A DNA stretch of 63,817 bases, filler included, from Lama guanicoe (lineage: Eukaryota), in the NCBI GenBank assembly GCA_013239625.1. It is 172 parts of 172 records of this genome, joined end to end, with 100 filler letters (N's around TTAATTAATTAA, not from the genome) between each part and the next. Parts side by side here need not be neighbours in the genome. Positions count along the whole stretch, not along the records: positions 22,263 to 22,533 come from PNXV01051606.1; positions 22,634 to 22,905 come from PNXV01051607.1; positions 23,006 to 23,277 come from PNXV01051608.1; positions 23,378 to 23,649 come from PNXV01051609.1; positions 23,750 to 24,021 come from PNXV01051610.1; positions 24,122 to 24,393 come from PNXV01051611.1; positions 24,494 to 24,765 come from PNXV01051612.1; positions 24,866 to 25,137 come from PNXV01051613.1; 164 more parts are not named here. One strand, written 5' to 3'. Both the position numbers and the translations under genes were made by a program. Position 1 is the stretch's first letter. Each line of letters opens with the position of its first letter. The notes below the pieces were generated by a model that saw nothing but the letters and a program-made list of their open reading frames with translations, made no database searches and was not told the origin of the DNA. This document shows positions 22,163-33,046 of this stretch, piece by piece.

Positions 22163-24121
22163 NNNNNNNNNNNNNNNNNNNNNNNNNNNNNNNNNNNNNN
22201 NNNNNNTTAATTAATTAANNNNNNNNNNNNNNNNNNNNNNNNNNNNNNNNNNNNNNNNNNNNTTCCCCGGACCTTCTCATCCAATGTGTTCATCCGTCTG
22301 CCTCCCTGTTTGGTGAGCTGCTAGGAGAGACCTGCTAGGCAGTGCTGGGGACAAGGCAAGGACAGTGACACACAGCACAAGCTGCCCTCGCAGAGTGAGC
22401 CCTCTGCTGCCCACCATCCTCCAACTGGACGGCGTTTATGCGACTACTTCTCCAACTGTCCTTCCCTGCTCCCCCGTCAAGTTGTCCCTTAAGGTTTAAA
22501 ACTTACCCATCATTCTCCTCCATCCATGGATTTNNNNNNNNNNNNNNNNNNNNNNNNNNNNNNNNNNNNNNNNNNNNTTAATTAATTAANNNNNNNNNNN
22601 NNNNNNNNNNNNNNNNNNNNNNNNNNNNNNNNNAATAAAAGCTGACCAGAAATGTGTCAGTGGAAATAGGTAGGTGCACTGCCAATCACTCATTTTTATG
22701 AATGCACACTCACAGGCAGAGAGTTCCTGAGTTTTCTATCTCTAAAATATTTAGAGTTTTTTCTTAAAAAGATCTTGATCTCACTTTAAATTTCACAATA
22801 TTTTATTATCCTTTCTTTAAGTAAAAAGGCTAGAGTGTGCAGGACCTCTCTCTGATGTTTAGAGAACTTGATGATAGGATTCCTTTGAAATGCTATCATT
22901 TTTTTNNNNNNNNNNNNNNNNNNNNNNNNNNNNNNNNNNNNNNNNNNNNTTAATTAATTAANNNNNNNNNNNNNNNNNNNNNNNNNNNNNNNNNNNNNNN
23001 NNNNNACCCACAGGGCTATCACTGTCACCACAGACTCTCTGGCTGAGCACAGAGCTCAAGTTTCAGAAGAGAGTAATGTGATGAGATGCCTCATGTCACA
23101 GGAAACCAAGAAAGGTAATTGCCTGAGCATCAAGGTACCAAGCAAAGGTTGAGAATGTCTACCCAAAGAATGATCTCATAGGCATCTGTAGATTTTTCAG
23201 GCCTGTGTAATGATAATGGAAACATTTCATTTCTTGGCTTACTTATTCTCCAAATCACTCCAAAGAGAAACAGAGGGNNNNNNNNNNNNNNNNNNNNNNN
23301 NNNNNNNNNNNNNNNNNNNNNTTAATTAATTAANNNNNNNNNNNNNNNNNNNNNNNNNNNNNNNNNNNNNNNNNNNNCAGATTCTACACTAAAAAATCCA
23401 TCCATCATCCTCAGACGCCCGCATCCCCAGCACCACAGGACCATGACCTGTAGCAGGCGCTCTCTCCTCTCTGCTGCATTCTCATCTTCAATCTCACTCT
23501 TACCTGAATCTGATCTAACCTGGAGCGAACATCTTTAAATGTTCCCCACTGCGGGTCCACGGTATCACGCCCAAACGTCTCGGTACAGAAACCCTTGATT
23601 GTCTGTTTTTTCTCCAGCTGCATCTCTCACCGTGGACTGACCTCTCCCTNNNNNNNNNNNNNNNNNNNNNNNNNNNNNNNNNNNNNNNNNNNNTTAATTA
23701 ATTAANNNNNNNNNNNNNNNNNNNNNNNNNNNNNNNNNNNNNNNNNNNNAAAAAAAGTATGAAAACATGCTTGATTTGATTATTAGTGGTAACTTTATTA
23801 TTAAAATCATCATAATTATTATGCTTTACTATGTTAAGGCAGCCAGTGAACATGGTAAGTAACACTCTGGCTGCTGTATTTCACTTTGGCCTGATTACAG
23901 ACTTGTGGTCAACAGCATTACCAACTAGCCAAATTTTCTCTCTGCAGACTTTTTAAAATGAAAGTGCAAGTTTTTACATTCATCCTATTAAGTTTGATCT
24001 AGTTGGACCGGCTCCACTCTTNNNNNNNNNNNNNNNNNNNNNNNNNNNNNNNNNNNNNNNNNNNNTTAATTAATTAANNNNNNNNNNNNNNNNNNNNNNN
24101 NNNNNNNNNNNNNNNNNNNNN

Positions 24122-24393
24122 ATTAGCGTGCTGAGCGACACCCCTGCCAGGGCCATGACAGCTGGCGACTACCGTGACAAAAACCAGAAAACCCCTACAA
24201 GGACTGAAAGGCTCGAACAGGGGCTGGCTGGCTCCCACACACCCAGAAGGAGGACACGACGGCAGAAGCCTCCCACGAAAGCTCAGCATGGCCCAACCCG
24301 GGCTGGAGCCACCTCGCTGGCCATCCTGGCTGACGGTTCCCCACCCGAGGGCTTCTCTTCCCTTTTCCCTGCTCAAGTGCGTTCTTTCTGGCC
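24122..24393 (+). mobile_element. ERV1-type LTR fragment
   Basis: ATTAGCGTGCTGAGCGACACCCCTGCCAGGGCCATGACAG resembles the MER41/ERV1 LTR motif ATTAGCATGCTAAA.GACAC.CCCACCAGCGCCATGACAG. Confidence 0.55.
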
Positions 24394-24493
24394 NNNNNNN
24401 NNNNNNNNNNNNNNNNNNNNNNNNNNNNNNNNNNNNNTTAATTAATTAANNNNNNNNNNNNNNNNNNNNNNNNNNNNNNNNNNNNNNNNNNNN

Positions 24494-24765
24494 TCTCCCC
24501 AAGCCCACATCATCTCCCCAACACCACATCGTTGCCCCAACTCCACATCATCTCTCCAAGCCCAGTGATCTCCCCAAGCCCGCATCATTCCCCAAGCCCG
24601 AATCATCTAGCCGAGCCTGTGTCATGTCCCCAAGCCGACGTAATATCTGCAAGCCTGCATCATTTACACAGGCCCGCATCATCTCCCCAAGCCAACATGA
24701 TCTTCCCAAGCTTACATCATCTCCCCGAGCACACATAGTCTCCCCAAGCCCGCATCACCCTCCCA
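24494..24765. repeat. 19-bp minisatellite (consensus CATCATCTCCCCAAGCCCG), about 14 diverged units
   Basis: The unit recurs across the whole contig, which both starts and ends inside the array. Confidence 0.9.
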
Positions 24766-25981
24766 NNNNNNNNNNNNNNNNNNNNNNNNNNNNNNNNNNN
24801 NNNNNNNNNTTAATTAATTAANNNNNNNNNNNNNNNNNNNNNNNNNNNNNNNNNNNNNNNNNNNNAGGGGCCTTGAGGAAAGAGGGCTGTATCACACATT
24901 ATCAAAATTAGACACGAAAAAATAAAATTGGAAACGCACCTGAGGTCACTGGTGAATTCTGCCAAACATTTCAGGAAGAAAGTCCAGCAATGCTGTACAA
25001 AAATGAGAACAGACTTCCCCATTAGAAACCCCTCGCTCCTCCTTGAGTCCTCTGCTCCCGGCTTCCCTCTCCCCCAGAGTTTTCTCTCCCATATTCTCTC
25101 TCCAAGTTCCTCTCCTCTTGCAGGCTTCACTCAGCAANNNNNNNNNNNNNNNNNNNNNNNNNNNNNNNNNNNNNNNNNNNNTTAATTAATTAANNNNNNN
25201 NNNNNNNNNNNNNNNNNNNNNNNNNNNNNNNNNNNNNAAAAAGACAGGACTTTAAATCAAGAAAACTTTTTTGTTTTTTTGGTGATAAAAACAATGCCAT
25301 ATTTTAAAACAAGGCTTGGGCCATCAACAACATGCTGAGAGTTGTTGAGGATGTGAACATAAAGCTGCATATAGACATGAAAGGGTTCCAAGTCCACTGC
25401 TCGAAAAAAATTAGACAATCATGTATTCACTTGATTTGAAAATCCCGATAAGTACATAATTCAAAAGTGGGAAAGACATGGTATTAAATAGTGGTAGTGA
25501 GCAATGAAANNNNNNNNNNNNNNNNNNNNNNNNNNNNNNNNNNNNNNNNNNNNTTAATTAATTAANNNNNNNNNNNNNNNNNNNNNNNNNNNNNNNNNNN
25601 NNNNNNNNNGAACACTTGTTTTCTCTGCTTTTCTGTATATTTTTTTCTTATGTAAGAGTTTGCTTAATTAAGGCCTCAGCCTAGACCACTGATGTTGCCT
25701 GTGATGTGTAAGTGTGGTTCCTGGTGTGAAATGGAAGACTTGAGAAATTCAATCCCGACAGACAGGTCTGCAATGAACACGGAAGCTCCTATTCAAACGA
25801 ACAAAGAAGCAGCTTTGAAGAGGAGAATAAATGGAAACACTACTAATGGATGTGTGTGCTGGTCTTTCCTCTGTAGCCATCNNNNNNNNNNNNNNNNNNN
25901 NNNNNNNNNNNNNNNNNNNNNNNNNTTAATTAATTAANNNNNNNNNNNNNNNNNNNNNNNNNNNNNNNNNNNNNNNNNNNN

Positions 25982-26068
25982 TCCTGGGTGTGTACGGAGG
26001 GATGGTTTACACCGGAATCTTCTACTGGATGTTCAGAGGGATGGAGCCCTGGACCCTCAGACATAAAG
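25982..26068 (+). CDS. ETFDH: Partial coding exon (3' part) of electron transfer flavoprotein-ubiquinone oxidoreductase
   Basis: Translation [28 protein letters not shown](G) versus recalled human [29 protein letters not shown]. It ends at a phase-1 donor AAG|GTAACT (GT at 26069), followed by intron-like sequence. Confidence 0.92.
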
Positions 26069-27469
26069 GTAACTCCCTGCTCTGAGCGGGTGCATGTCAG
26101 TCACTGAAGACTCAGGAAGGCGCGCTGATGAGTGGTGAAGTTGGCCAACTTTTTTAACGTTTTAAGACTTGCTTTACTGGCGAATTATAAATTCAGTAGC
26201 TTTCAGAGAACAGTGTATCATTGTTTTGAGAGGGCTGAAGTCCTGTTACTTTANNNNNNNNNNNNNNNNNNNNNNNNNNNNNNNNNNNNNNNNNNNNTTA
26301 ATTAATTAANNNNNNNNNNNNNNNNNNNNNNNNNNNNNNNNNNNNNNNNNNNNAAGTTTGGCTATGCCATATGCATATTTTATGAAGCCTCCAATATGGC
26401 TTAATTCTTACTTGAATCATGAAAGGTATAAATTATATATATATGTTTGTATGTGTGTGGACACACATATCTCTATTCAGATGCAGCAAGGAAGTGTATA
26501 AATGCATGTGTGTATGCATATATGCATAGATCAAGATAGAGAAATGCTGTATCTATTTATCTCACATCTGATAAGGATGTGATACAAAAAAATAAGGAGG
26601 TATATATATTACACACACACACACANNNNNNNNNNNNNNNNNNNNNNNNNNNNNNNNNNNNNNNNNNNNTTAATTAATTAANNNNNNNNNNNNNNNNNNN
26701 NNNNNNNNNNNNNNNNNNNNNNNNNTTAAAAAATCTGAGTGGTTGAAACATGATCACTAATTTTATTATTAAGTCATACATATATTTTTGTATGTACATT
26801 TTATGACTAAAATGAGAAGAAATTATAAGCCCAATTAAGATAAATTTTGATATTAAACACTGACACAGGTAGGTTTTTAGATACTAAGTACTTGAGTTTT
26901 GAACAACACTACTTAAAGAAGGAAAAATTACCAAAGAGAGCGAAGATATCTTACAGAGATGAAAATTCAAGGAAGACAATGAAGAGCAGAGTAATATNNN
27001 NNNNNNNNNNNNNNNNNNNNNNNNNNNNNNNNNNNNNNNNNTTAATTAATTAANNNNNNNNNNNNNNNNNNNNNNNNNNNNNNNNNNNNNNNNNNNNCCC
27101 CCCCCAAATAACTACTCTCATGTTGCCTTAACATTCCCTGCCTTTTAATCTGATGCCACCCATTAGTTCCCACGTCTCCTGGATGTCTAACTTTGCTTCC
27201 TCAATAAATAGCTTATGGACTTTTCCAAGATTAAATTCTCCTTCTTTCAAGTTCCACCTTCCATATTTTCTCATTCCTTCCCCCCCGATTCCATAGCATT
27301 CTTTCCCTACGCACGCTAGCTTTTTCTGTTTTCCAGACACTTGCTATAATTTCACTTAGAAAGTGGTGANNNNNNNNNNNNNNNNNNNNNNNNNNNNNNN
27401 NNNNNNNNNNNNNTTAATTAATTAANNNNNNNNNNNNNNNNNNNNNNNNNNNNNNNNNNNNNNNNNNNN

Positions 27470-27695
27470 TTATGGTCAGAAAAGATATTTGAAATGATTC
27501 CTATTCTCTTAAATTTATTGAAGCTTATTTTATGTCCAAGTGTGTGGTCCAGCCTAGAACATGTTCCACGTGTACTTGAAAAGAATGAACATTCTGGTTT
27601 TGGGTTTTTTTATGTTTTTTTTTAATGTAATGTCCTGAAATATCAATTAAGTCTAACTGTTCTGTGGTGCCATTTAAGACCTCTGTTGCCTCATT
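27470..27695 (-). mobile_element. L1 ORF2 fragment
   Basis: TGGTCAGAAAAGATATTTGAAATGATT...GAACATGTTCCACGTGTACTTGAAAAGAATG...TCAATTAAGTCTAACTG. Confidence 0.85.
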
Positions 27696-28818
27696 GAGGA
27701 AAGAGGAATCTCTTTCTCTTGCTCCTCCCCACCCATGGGGANNNNNNNNNNNNNNNNNNNNNNNNNNNNNNNNNNNNNNNNNNNNTTAATTAATTAANNN
27801 NNNNNNNNNNNNNNNNNNNNNNNNNNNNNNNNNNNNNNNNNCTGCTTTGACTCTGTGGTGGCAGCCCCATGTTATTAGGGGGTTGCCCTGCACTTCGATC
27901 TCCCTATCAAAGTTCAAATAGCAAGCAAGAGAAAAGCCCTCTGCCTTTAGCTTTCCCCTCCAACTAGCTAATGGCTCTTCTGTGACATTTCACCCCAGGC
28001 CGGGAGCCATAACACCTGTGCCTCACTTCCTGTTTGTCCTGCCTCCTTCTCCCTCCCCTGCTGTGATCCCCAGGCTATGAGGCAAAGGTTCACTTTTTCT
28101 ACAGCAGGAACTTNNNNNNNNNNNNNNNNNNNNNNNNNNNNNNNNNNNNNNNNNNNNTTAATTAATTAANNNNNNNNNNNNNNNNNNNNNNNNNNNNNNN
28201 NNNNNNNNNNNNNCGGTGGCCCCAGTCCAATAACCCTAAGCCCCGCCAGCCATTTCCACCTGAAGTTTGAGGAGTGTGGACAAAGGAGCATCGAGGAGGT
28301 TGGGGGGTGGGGGAGGAGCCACTAAGGGGGGCCAGCAGGGCCTGTGGGTCAGACTGGGCTTGGGGCCCAGGCACAGGAGGGGCGGGGAACGATCCACGCA
28401 GTCAGAGAGGCCATGGGAACTGCTGCGTCACCTCTGAGACCTCAGGCGGCCTGGGCAGAAGGGGATGCCGCCTACTGTTTTTTTTNNNNNNNNNNNNNNN
28501 NNNNNNNNNNNNNNNNNNNNNNNNNNNNNTTAATTAATTAANNNNNNNNNNNNNNNNNNNNNNNNNNNNNNNNNNNNNNNNNNNNTCCAATCATAGAATC
28601 CAAGTTTCCTGTCTTAGGAGGTTTTGGATTCTTATATCCTGGACAGTGATATCCTGACACTAAACCACTGGCAGTTTTGGTCATGGTTATCTATGAATCT
28701 TAATATCAGAATCACTCTATGGAATTTTTCAAAAGCATGTTATGTTTAGGCCTCACCCATAAAATTTCTATTCAGGAAGTCCAGGGTGGGGACCAGGCAT
28801 ACATATGAGAAAAAAATA

Positions 28819-28821
<3 letters not shown>

Positions 28822-28856
<35 letters not shown>
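28822..28856. repeat. (TA)n microsatellite at contig end
   Basis: Read directly. Confidence 0.95.
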
Positions 28857-29468
28857 NNNNNNNNNNNNNNNNNNNNNNNNNNNNNNNNNNNNNNNNNNNN
28901 TTAATTAATTAANNNNNNNNNNNNNNNNNNNNNNNNNNNNNNNNNNNNNNNNNNNNATGTTTCTAAGGTAGTATCATCATTTTAATAAAAGTGTCCCCAT
29001 TATGTAATAAATACTAGCTCATTGTATAAAATTTGGAAAATACAGAAAAATAGAAAGATGAGAGAAAAATCATTTTAGACCCATCACCTGAAAACAACTA
29101 TTTCAATATTTAATATATTTCCTCTTAGTAATCGTGTCAAAAGAAAAAAATCTAATAATAGAGATACATAAAGTAAAAAGTGAGAGCCTCCTTTTACCTT
29201 GTCCCAATTTCATTCTTCTTGGAGAGAANNNNNNNNNNNNNNNNNNNNNNNNNNNNNNNNNNNNNNNNNNNNTTAATTAATTAANNNNNNNNNNNNNNNN
29301 NNNNNNNNNNNNNNNNNNNNNNNNNNNNTGCATGTTCTCTTATTTTCTCCCTAAATCTGACAAACTTACCCTGATCATTCACTCCTTCCCCTCTTTTGGC
29401 AGCTCAGATACAAGCCCAGCAGGAACATAAAGATGGTTGCATGGAAGTATCCCCTGGAAAAAAAGTAC

Positions 29469-29600
29469 TGTGAAAGAAAAATACCGCAAACCAGATCAGT
29501 AAGCAAAGAATGCTGAAGCCATCAAGTCATCAGCCCCTGCTGCCACCCCTGAGTGAAGACAAGCCTGCAGCCCAGCCTCTGCAGCCACTCACAATGGTGC
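29469..29600 (+). mobile_element. ERV LTR 5' start
   Basis: TGTGAAAG...AAACCAGATCAGTAAGCAAAGAATGCTGAAGCCATCAAGTCATCAGC resembles a laurasiatherian LTR start. Confidence 0.5.
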
Positions 29601-30072
29601 NNNNNNNNNNNNNNNNNNNNNNNNNNNNNNNNNNNNNNNNNNNNTTAATTAATTAANNNNNNNNNNNNNNNNNNNNNNNNNNNNNNNNNNNNNNNNNNNN
29701 CTCCCAGCAAATCACAGGGGCCTGCAACACGGTACTCCTTTGTGTACTTATTTCATCCCTGGCTTCCCCATATTTTACTTGCCCTGACATTTCACTCCCC
29801 TTGACTTCCTTACATTCCAGAAAATATTTTAATGTATATAGTTGAGACACCACAAGTCCTTTCCTGCAATATGTAGCAACTATAATCATACACAGAATAA
29901 TAAAACAGAGATTTAACTTCTTACCTTGACTGTAAGATCAGATCATTCTTGTAATTTATAAGTTTTAGAAAANNNNNNNNNNNNNNNNNNNNNNNNNNNN
30001 NNNNNNNNNNNNNNNNTTAATTAATTAANNNNNNNNNNNNNNNNNNNNNNNNNNNNNNNNNNNNNNNNNNNN

Positions 30073-30230
30073 CTGAAAAATTGTGCTCTACACTGGAATT
30101 TGATACACCATTGTAAAATGATTATAAATCAATAAAAAAAGTTTAAATAAATAAGTAAACACACTCGCAAAAGAGTGTGCAACTATAACTCAATAAAAAG
30201 TTATAAAAATTTTAAAAAATTTTTAAAAAT
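30073..30230 (+). mobile_element. Two L1 3' termini in tandem (poly-A signals at about 30131 and 30192)
   Basis: TGTGCTCTACACTGGAATTTGATACACCATTGTAAAATGATTATAAATCAATAAAAA, then a second CTATAACTCAATAAAAAGTT with an A/T tail. Confidence 0.75.
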
Positions 30231-31302
30231 ATGTGCACTTTCCTGCTGTGTCTCCTGTGTAGTGTGTATCTGGGGGCAGGTTTGCTCAGAAGAAGCAGTT
30301 TAAATCTGCCTCTTCCCTCCATCCCTCTGAGGTGAAGGAAAGGNNNNNNNNNNNNNNNNNNNNNNNNNNNNNNNNNNNNNNNNNNNNTTAATTAATTAAN
30401 NNNNNNNNNNNNNNNNNNNNNNNNNNNNNNNNNNNNNNNNNNNCCTGATATCCAAGTCCTGGTCCTTGGTAATACTGTCAGTTTTGGGGGGCGTATTTTT
30501 TGGAAATTTCCTATGGCTATACATGTTCATGTACACATATGAAACAGAAAAAGAGACACATACACGAATTCACCTAAACAAATAGGATTCTATAGTGCAT
30601 ACCATTCTGTCACGTTTGTTAACAATTAGCAGCTTTTTAATAAGAAAGTTTACAGAACACATTATGTAAGAATCGCGTTAGATCTCTCCTTACTTTTTAA
30701 GGGCAACTTTGTATGNNNNNNNNNNNNNNNNNNNNNNNNNNNNNNNNNNNNNNNNNNNNTTAATTAATTAANNNNNNNNNNNNNNNNNNNNNNNNNNNNN
30801 NNNNNNNNNNNNNNNAAAACATTTGAGACAATGTCTGAACATTTTTTAATTTCACACTTTATTGGTATTTTTGTTGAATATAGCAGTCTTTTCCTTTAGA
30901 ATTTTGAAAGCATGGCTCAGTTGTGTTTAAGCACAGTCTTGCTTTCAAGAAGTCTAATGACATTGTTTTATTTCATTTTCCACATGTTGATATTTTCCCT
31001 TTGGCTTCTCAAAGCTCTTACCCTTTTGTTTTTCTTTTATTTTTGTTGTTATTCTGAGAAGTTTAAATTTCCACATGGATGTGTCTTNNNNNNNNNNNNN
31101 NNNNNNNNNNNNNNNNNNNNNNNNNNNNNNNTTAATTAATTAANNNNNNNNNNNNNNNNNNNNNNNNNNNNNNNNNNNNNNNNNNNNCCCAAGACTGGAG
31201 AGACAGATGGGAATGCAGGGAATCTCAGCCTTCCCAAACAGAGACTCCAGAGCAGAAACCGTGGAGGAAGCAGGGTGGTGGGGACAGGCTGGTAGGAGAT
31301 GG

Positions 31303-31459
31303 TATTAGAGCAGGCAGATAGCTAGATATGAGCAGAGAATGGGGGACGCAGGCCAAATGGCAGGAACTGGGCGAAAAGGAGGGGCAAGGCCAAGTGCAGG
31401 AAACTAGACATCATGTAAACAACAGGGATCCCTGGGCAGAGGAAGAAAAGCAGGAACCT
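31303..31459 (+). mobile_element. ERV1-type LTR 5' start
   Basis: TATTAGAGCAGGCAGATAGCTAGATATGAGCAG resembles the TGTTAGAGTAGGCAGATAGCTAGA.ATGAGCAG LTR start. Confidence 0.6.
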
Positions 31460-31931
31460 NNNNNNNNNNNNNNNNNNNNNNNNNNNNNNNNNNNNNNNNN
31501 NNNTTAATTAATTAANNNNNNNNNNNNNNNNNNNNNNNNNNNNNNNNNNNNNNNNNNNNTTAGATTGAAAAATTAAATTATTCAACCCAGTTCTTTGCAT
31601 CTGGATCAAATGGCCTCCACCAATTGATGAAATACATACTTAAGTCGTTCATATCACATATAGCTCCAGAGTCCGCCTAGATTAAATTAAACTGTCTGGG
31701 TTCAGGATTTCCTTTTTAAATGCAACAAATGTTTAACATTTGGGGTACAGATGATCTTGTTGTACACAAGGAATGCCTTTCTCATTCTCTGTAAACTATA
31801 TGTTCTTGACTTCAGTGATGAATCAAAGGTGNNNNNNNNNNNNNNNNNNNNNNNNNNNNNNNNNNNNNNNNNNNNTTAATTAATTAANNNNNNNNNNNNN
31901 NNNNNNNNNNNNNNNNNNNNNNNNNNNNNNN

Positions 31932-32203
31932 GCGGCGGCGGCGGCGGCGCCTGAGGAAGGCAGCGCCGGCTCTGGAGGAGCGAGGGCGGGCCAGTGCGGC
32001 GGAGAGCGCGGGGCCCCACCTGGGCGCCCTGCGGGCGGTGCCCGGCGGGCAGCGGCAGGCGAGGCCGAGCGGCGGCCGCGGACGGACAGCCGGCGCCCCC
32101 TGGGAGGAGGAGGAGCCGGAGCGGGAGGAAGCGCCGAGGGGCCGCGGGGCTCCGGGCGGGCGAGGAGCGGCGGGGCCGCGGGCCGCGGGCGCGGCGGCGG
32201 CGA
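31932..32203. promoter_or_regulatory. CpG-island / 5' UTR fragment bounded by (GCG)n repeats
   Basis: Extreme GC and CpG content; (GCG)6 at the start and (GCG)n at the end; GGGCGG box. Confidence 0.8.
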
Positions 32204-32303
32204 NNNNNNNNNNNNNNNNNNNNNNNNNNNNNNNNNNNNNNNNNNNNTTAATTAATTAANNNNNNNNNNNNNNNNNNNNNNNNNNNNNNNNNNNNNNNNN
32301 NNN

Positions 32304-32574
32304 TTTTTTTTTTTTTGGTTTACAATGTTGTGTTAGTTTCTGCTATACAGCAGTTATTCAGTTATACATATATATGCTTTTTAATATTCTTTTCCATTAT
32401 GGTTTATTAAAAGATATTGAATATAATTTCCTGCGCTATACAGTAAGACCTTGTTGTTTATCTGTTTTATATATAGTAGTTTGTACCTGCTAATTCCAAA
32501 TTCCTAATTTATCCCTCCTTTCCCCTTCCCCTTTGGTAACCATGTTTGTTTTCTATGTCTGTGAGTCTATTTCT
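32304..32574 (-). mobile_element. L1 3' UTR with poly-A
   Basis: Poly-T, then TTTACAATGTTGTGTTAGTTTCTG...CCCTTTGGTAACCATGTTTGTTTTCTATGTCTGTGAGTCT. Confidence 0.9.
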
Positions 32575-32674
32575 NNNNNNNNNNNNNNNNNNNNNNNNNN
32601 NNNNNNNNNNNNNNNNNNTTAATTAATTAANNNNNNNNNNNNNNNNNNNNNNNNNNNNNNNNNNNNNNNNNNNN

Positions 32675-32732
32675 CCTCCTGCCTCAGCCTCCCGAGTAGC
32701 TGGGACTACAGGCGCGCGCCACCACGCCCGGC
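32675..32732 (-). ncRNA. RN7SL1: 7SL (SRP) RNA gene, first 58 nt (rest truncated by contig end)
   Basis: The reverse complement GCCGGGCGTGGTGGCGCGCGCCTGTAGTCCCAGCTACTCGGGAGGCTGAGGCAGGAGG is the 7SL 5' Alu domain with +1 at 32732. CpGs are intact, and there is an upstream CRE at -43..-50 as in bona fide 7SL genes. Confidence 0.88.
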
Positions 32733-32774
32733 GACCGGGGGTGGCGCAAAACGAGACTAGAGCCTGAAGTGTGG

Positions 32775-32782
32775 TGACGTCA
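32775..32782. promoter_or_regulatory. ATF/CRE site (TGACGTCA) at -43..-50 of the 7SL gene
   Basis: Perfect palindromic CRE. Its position matches the known upstream ATF element of mammalian 7SL genes. Confidence 0.85.
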
Positions 32783-32868
32783 TCAGCTATGCCCGCCTAG
32801 AAAATTTCCTAGCTTCCTCTTCTCTCAGGCGGAACAGCGTGTCCACACTGCGCACGCGTCGCTTGTCA

Positions 32869-32886
32869 GCACTGCCTTCTGGGTAA
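32869..32886 (-). promoter_or_regulatory. Putative ZNF143/Staf site (TTACCCAGAAGGCAGTGC)
   Basis: Resembles the Staf consensus (TACCCAxAATGCAyyGC). ZNF143 is typical of bidirectional and Pol III promoters. Confidence 0.5.
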
Positions 32887-32909
32887 GATGTCTCCCCAAA
32901 ATTTGAAGA

Positions 32910-32919
32910 GCGCATGCGT
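32910..32919. promoter_or_regulatory. NRF1-like site (GCGCATGCGT); a second NRF1-like TGCGCACGCG lies at about 32849-32858
   Basis: Match to the GCGCAYGCGC-type motif just upstream of the ribosomal-protein TSS. Confidence 0.55.
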
Positions 32920-32925
32920 GCGCTA

Positions 32926-32946
32926 CCTCTTTCCTTTTGCCTCGTT
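32926..32946 (+). promoter_or_regulatory. RPS29: Polypyrimidine TCT initiator / 5'TOP start of ribosomal protein S29 mRNA
   Basis: CCTCTTTCCTTTTGCCTCGTT versus the recalled human RPS29 5' end CCTTTTACCTCGTTGCAC. It lies about 200 bp head-to-head with 7SL, as RPS29/RN7SL1 do in human. Confidence 0.75.
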
Positions 32947-33046
32947 NNNNNNNNNNNNNNNNNNNNNNNNNNNNNNNNNNNNNNNNNNNNTTAATTAATT
33001 AANNNNNNNNNNNNNNNNNNNNNNNNNNNNNNNNNNNNNNNNNNNN

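Noticed and set aside
25664..25671. TTAATTAA inside a contig (also near 37634 and 42869) as possible linker remnants
   Set aside because: These are only 8-11-bp matches without N pads, expected by chance in AT-rich DNA.
32675..32732. Human Alu contamination
   Set aside because: The match begins at the 7SL +1 (GCCGGGCG) with a CRE at -43..-50 and a divergent RPS29-type TOP start. There is no A-rich target site or TSD context, and the RPS29-like start differs from the recalled human sequence.
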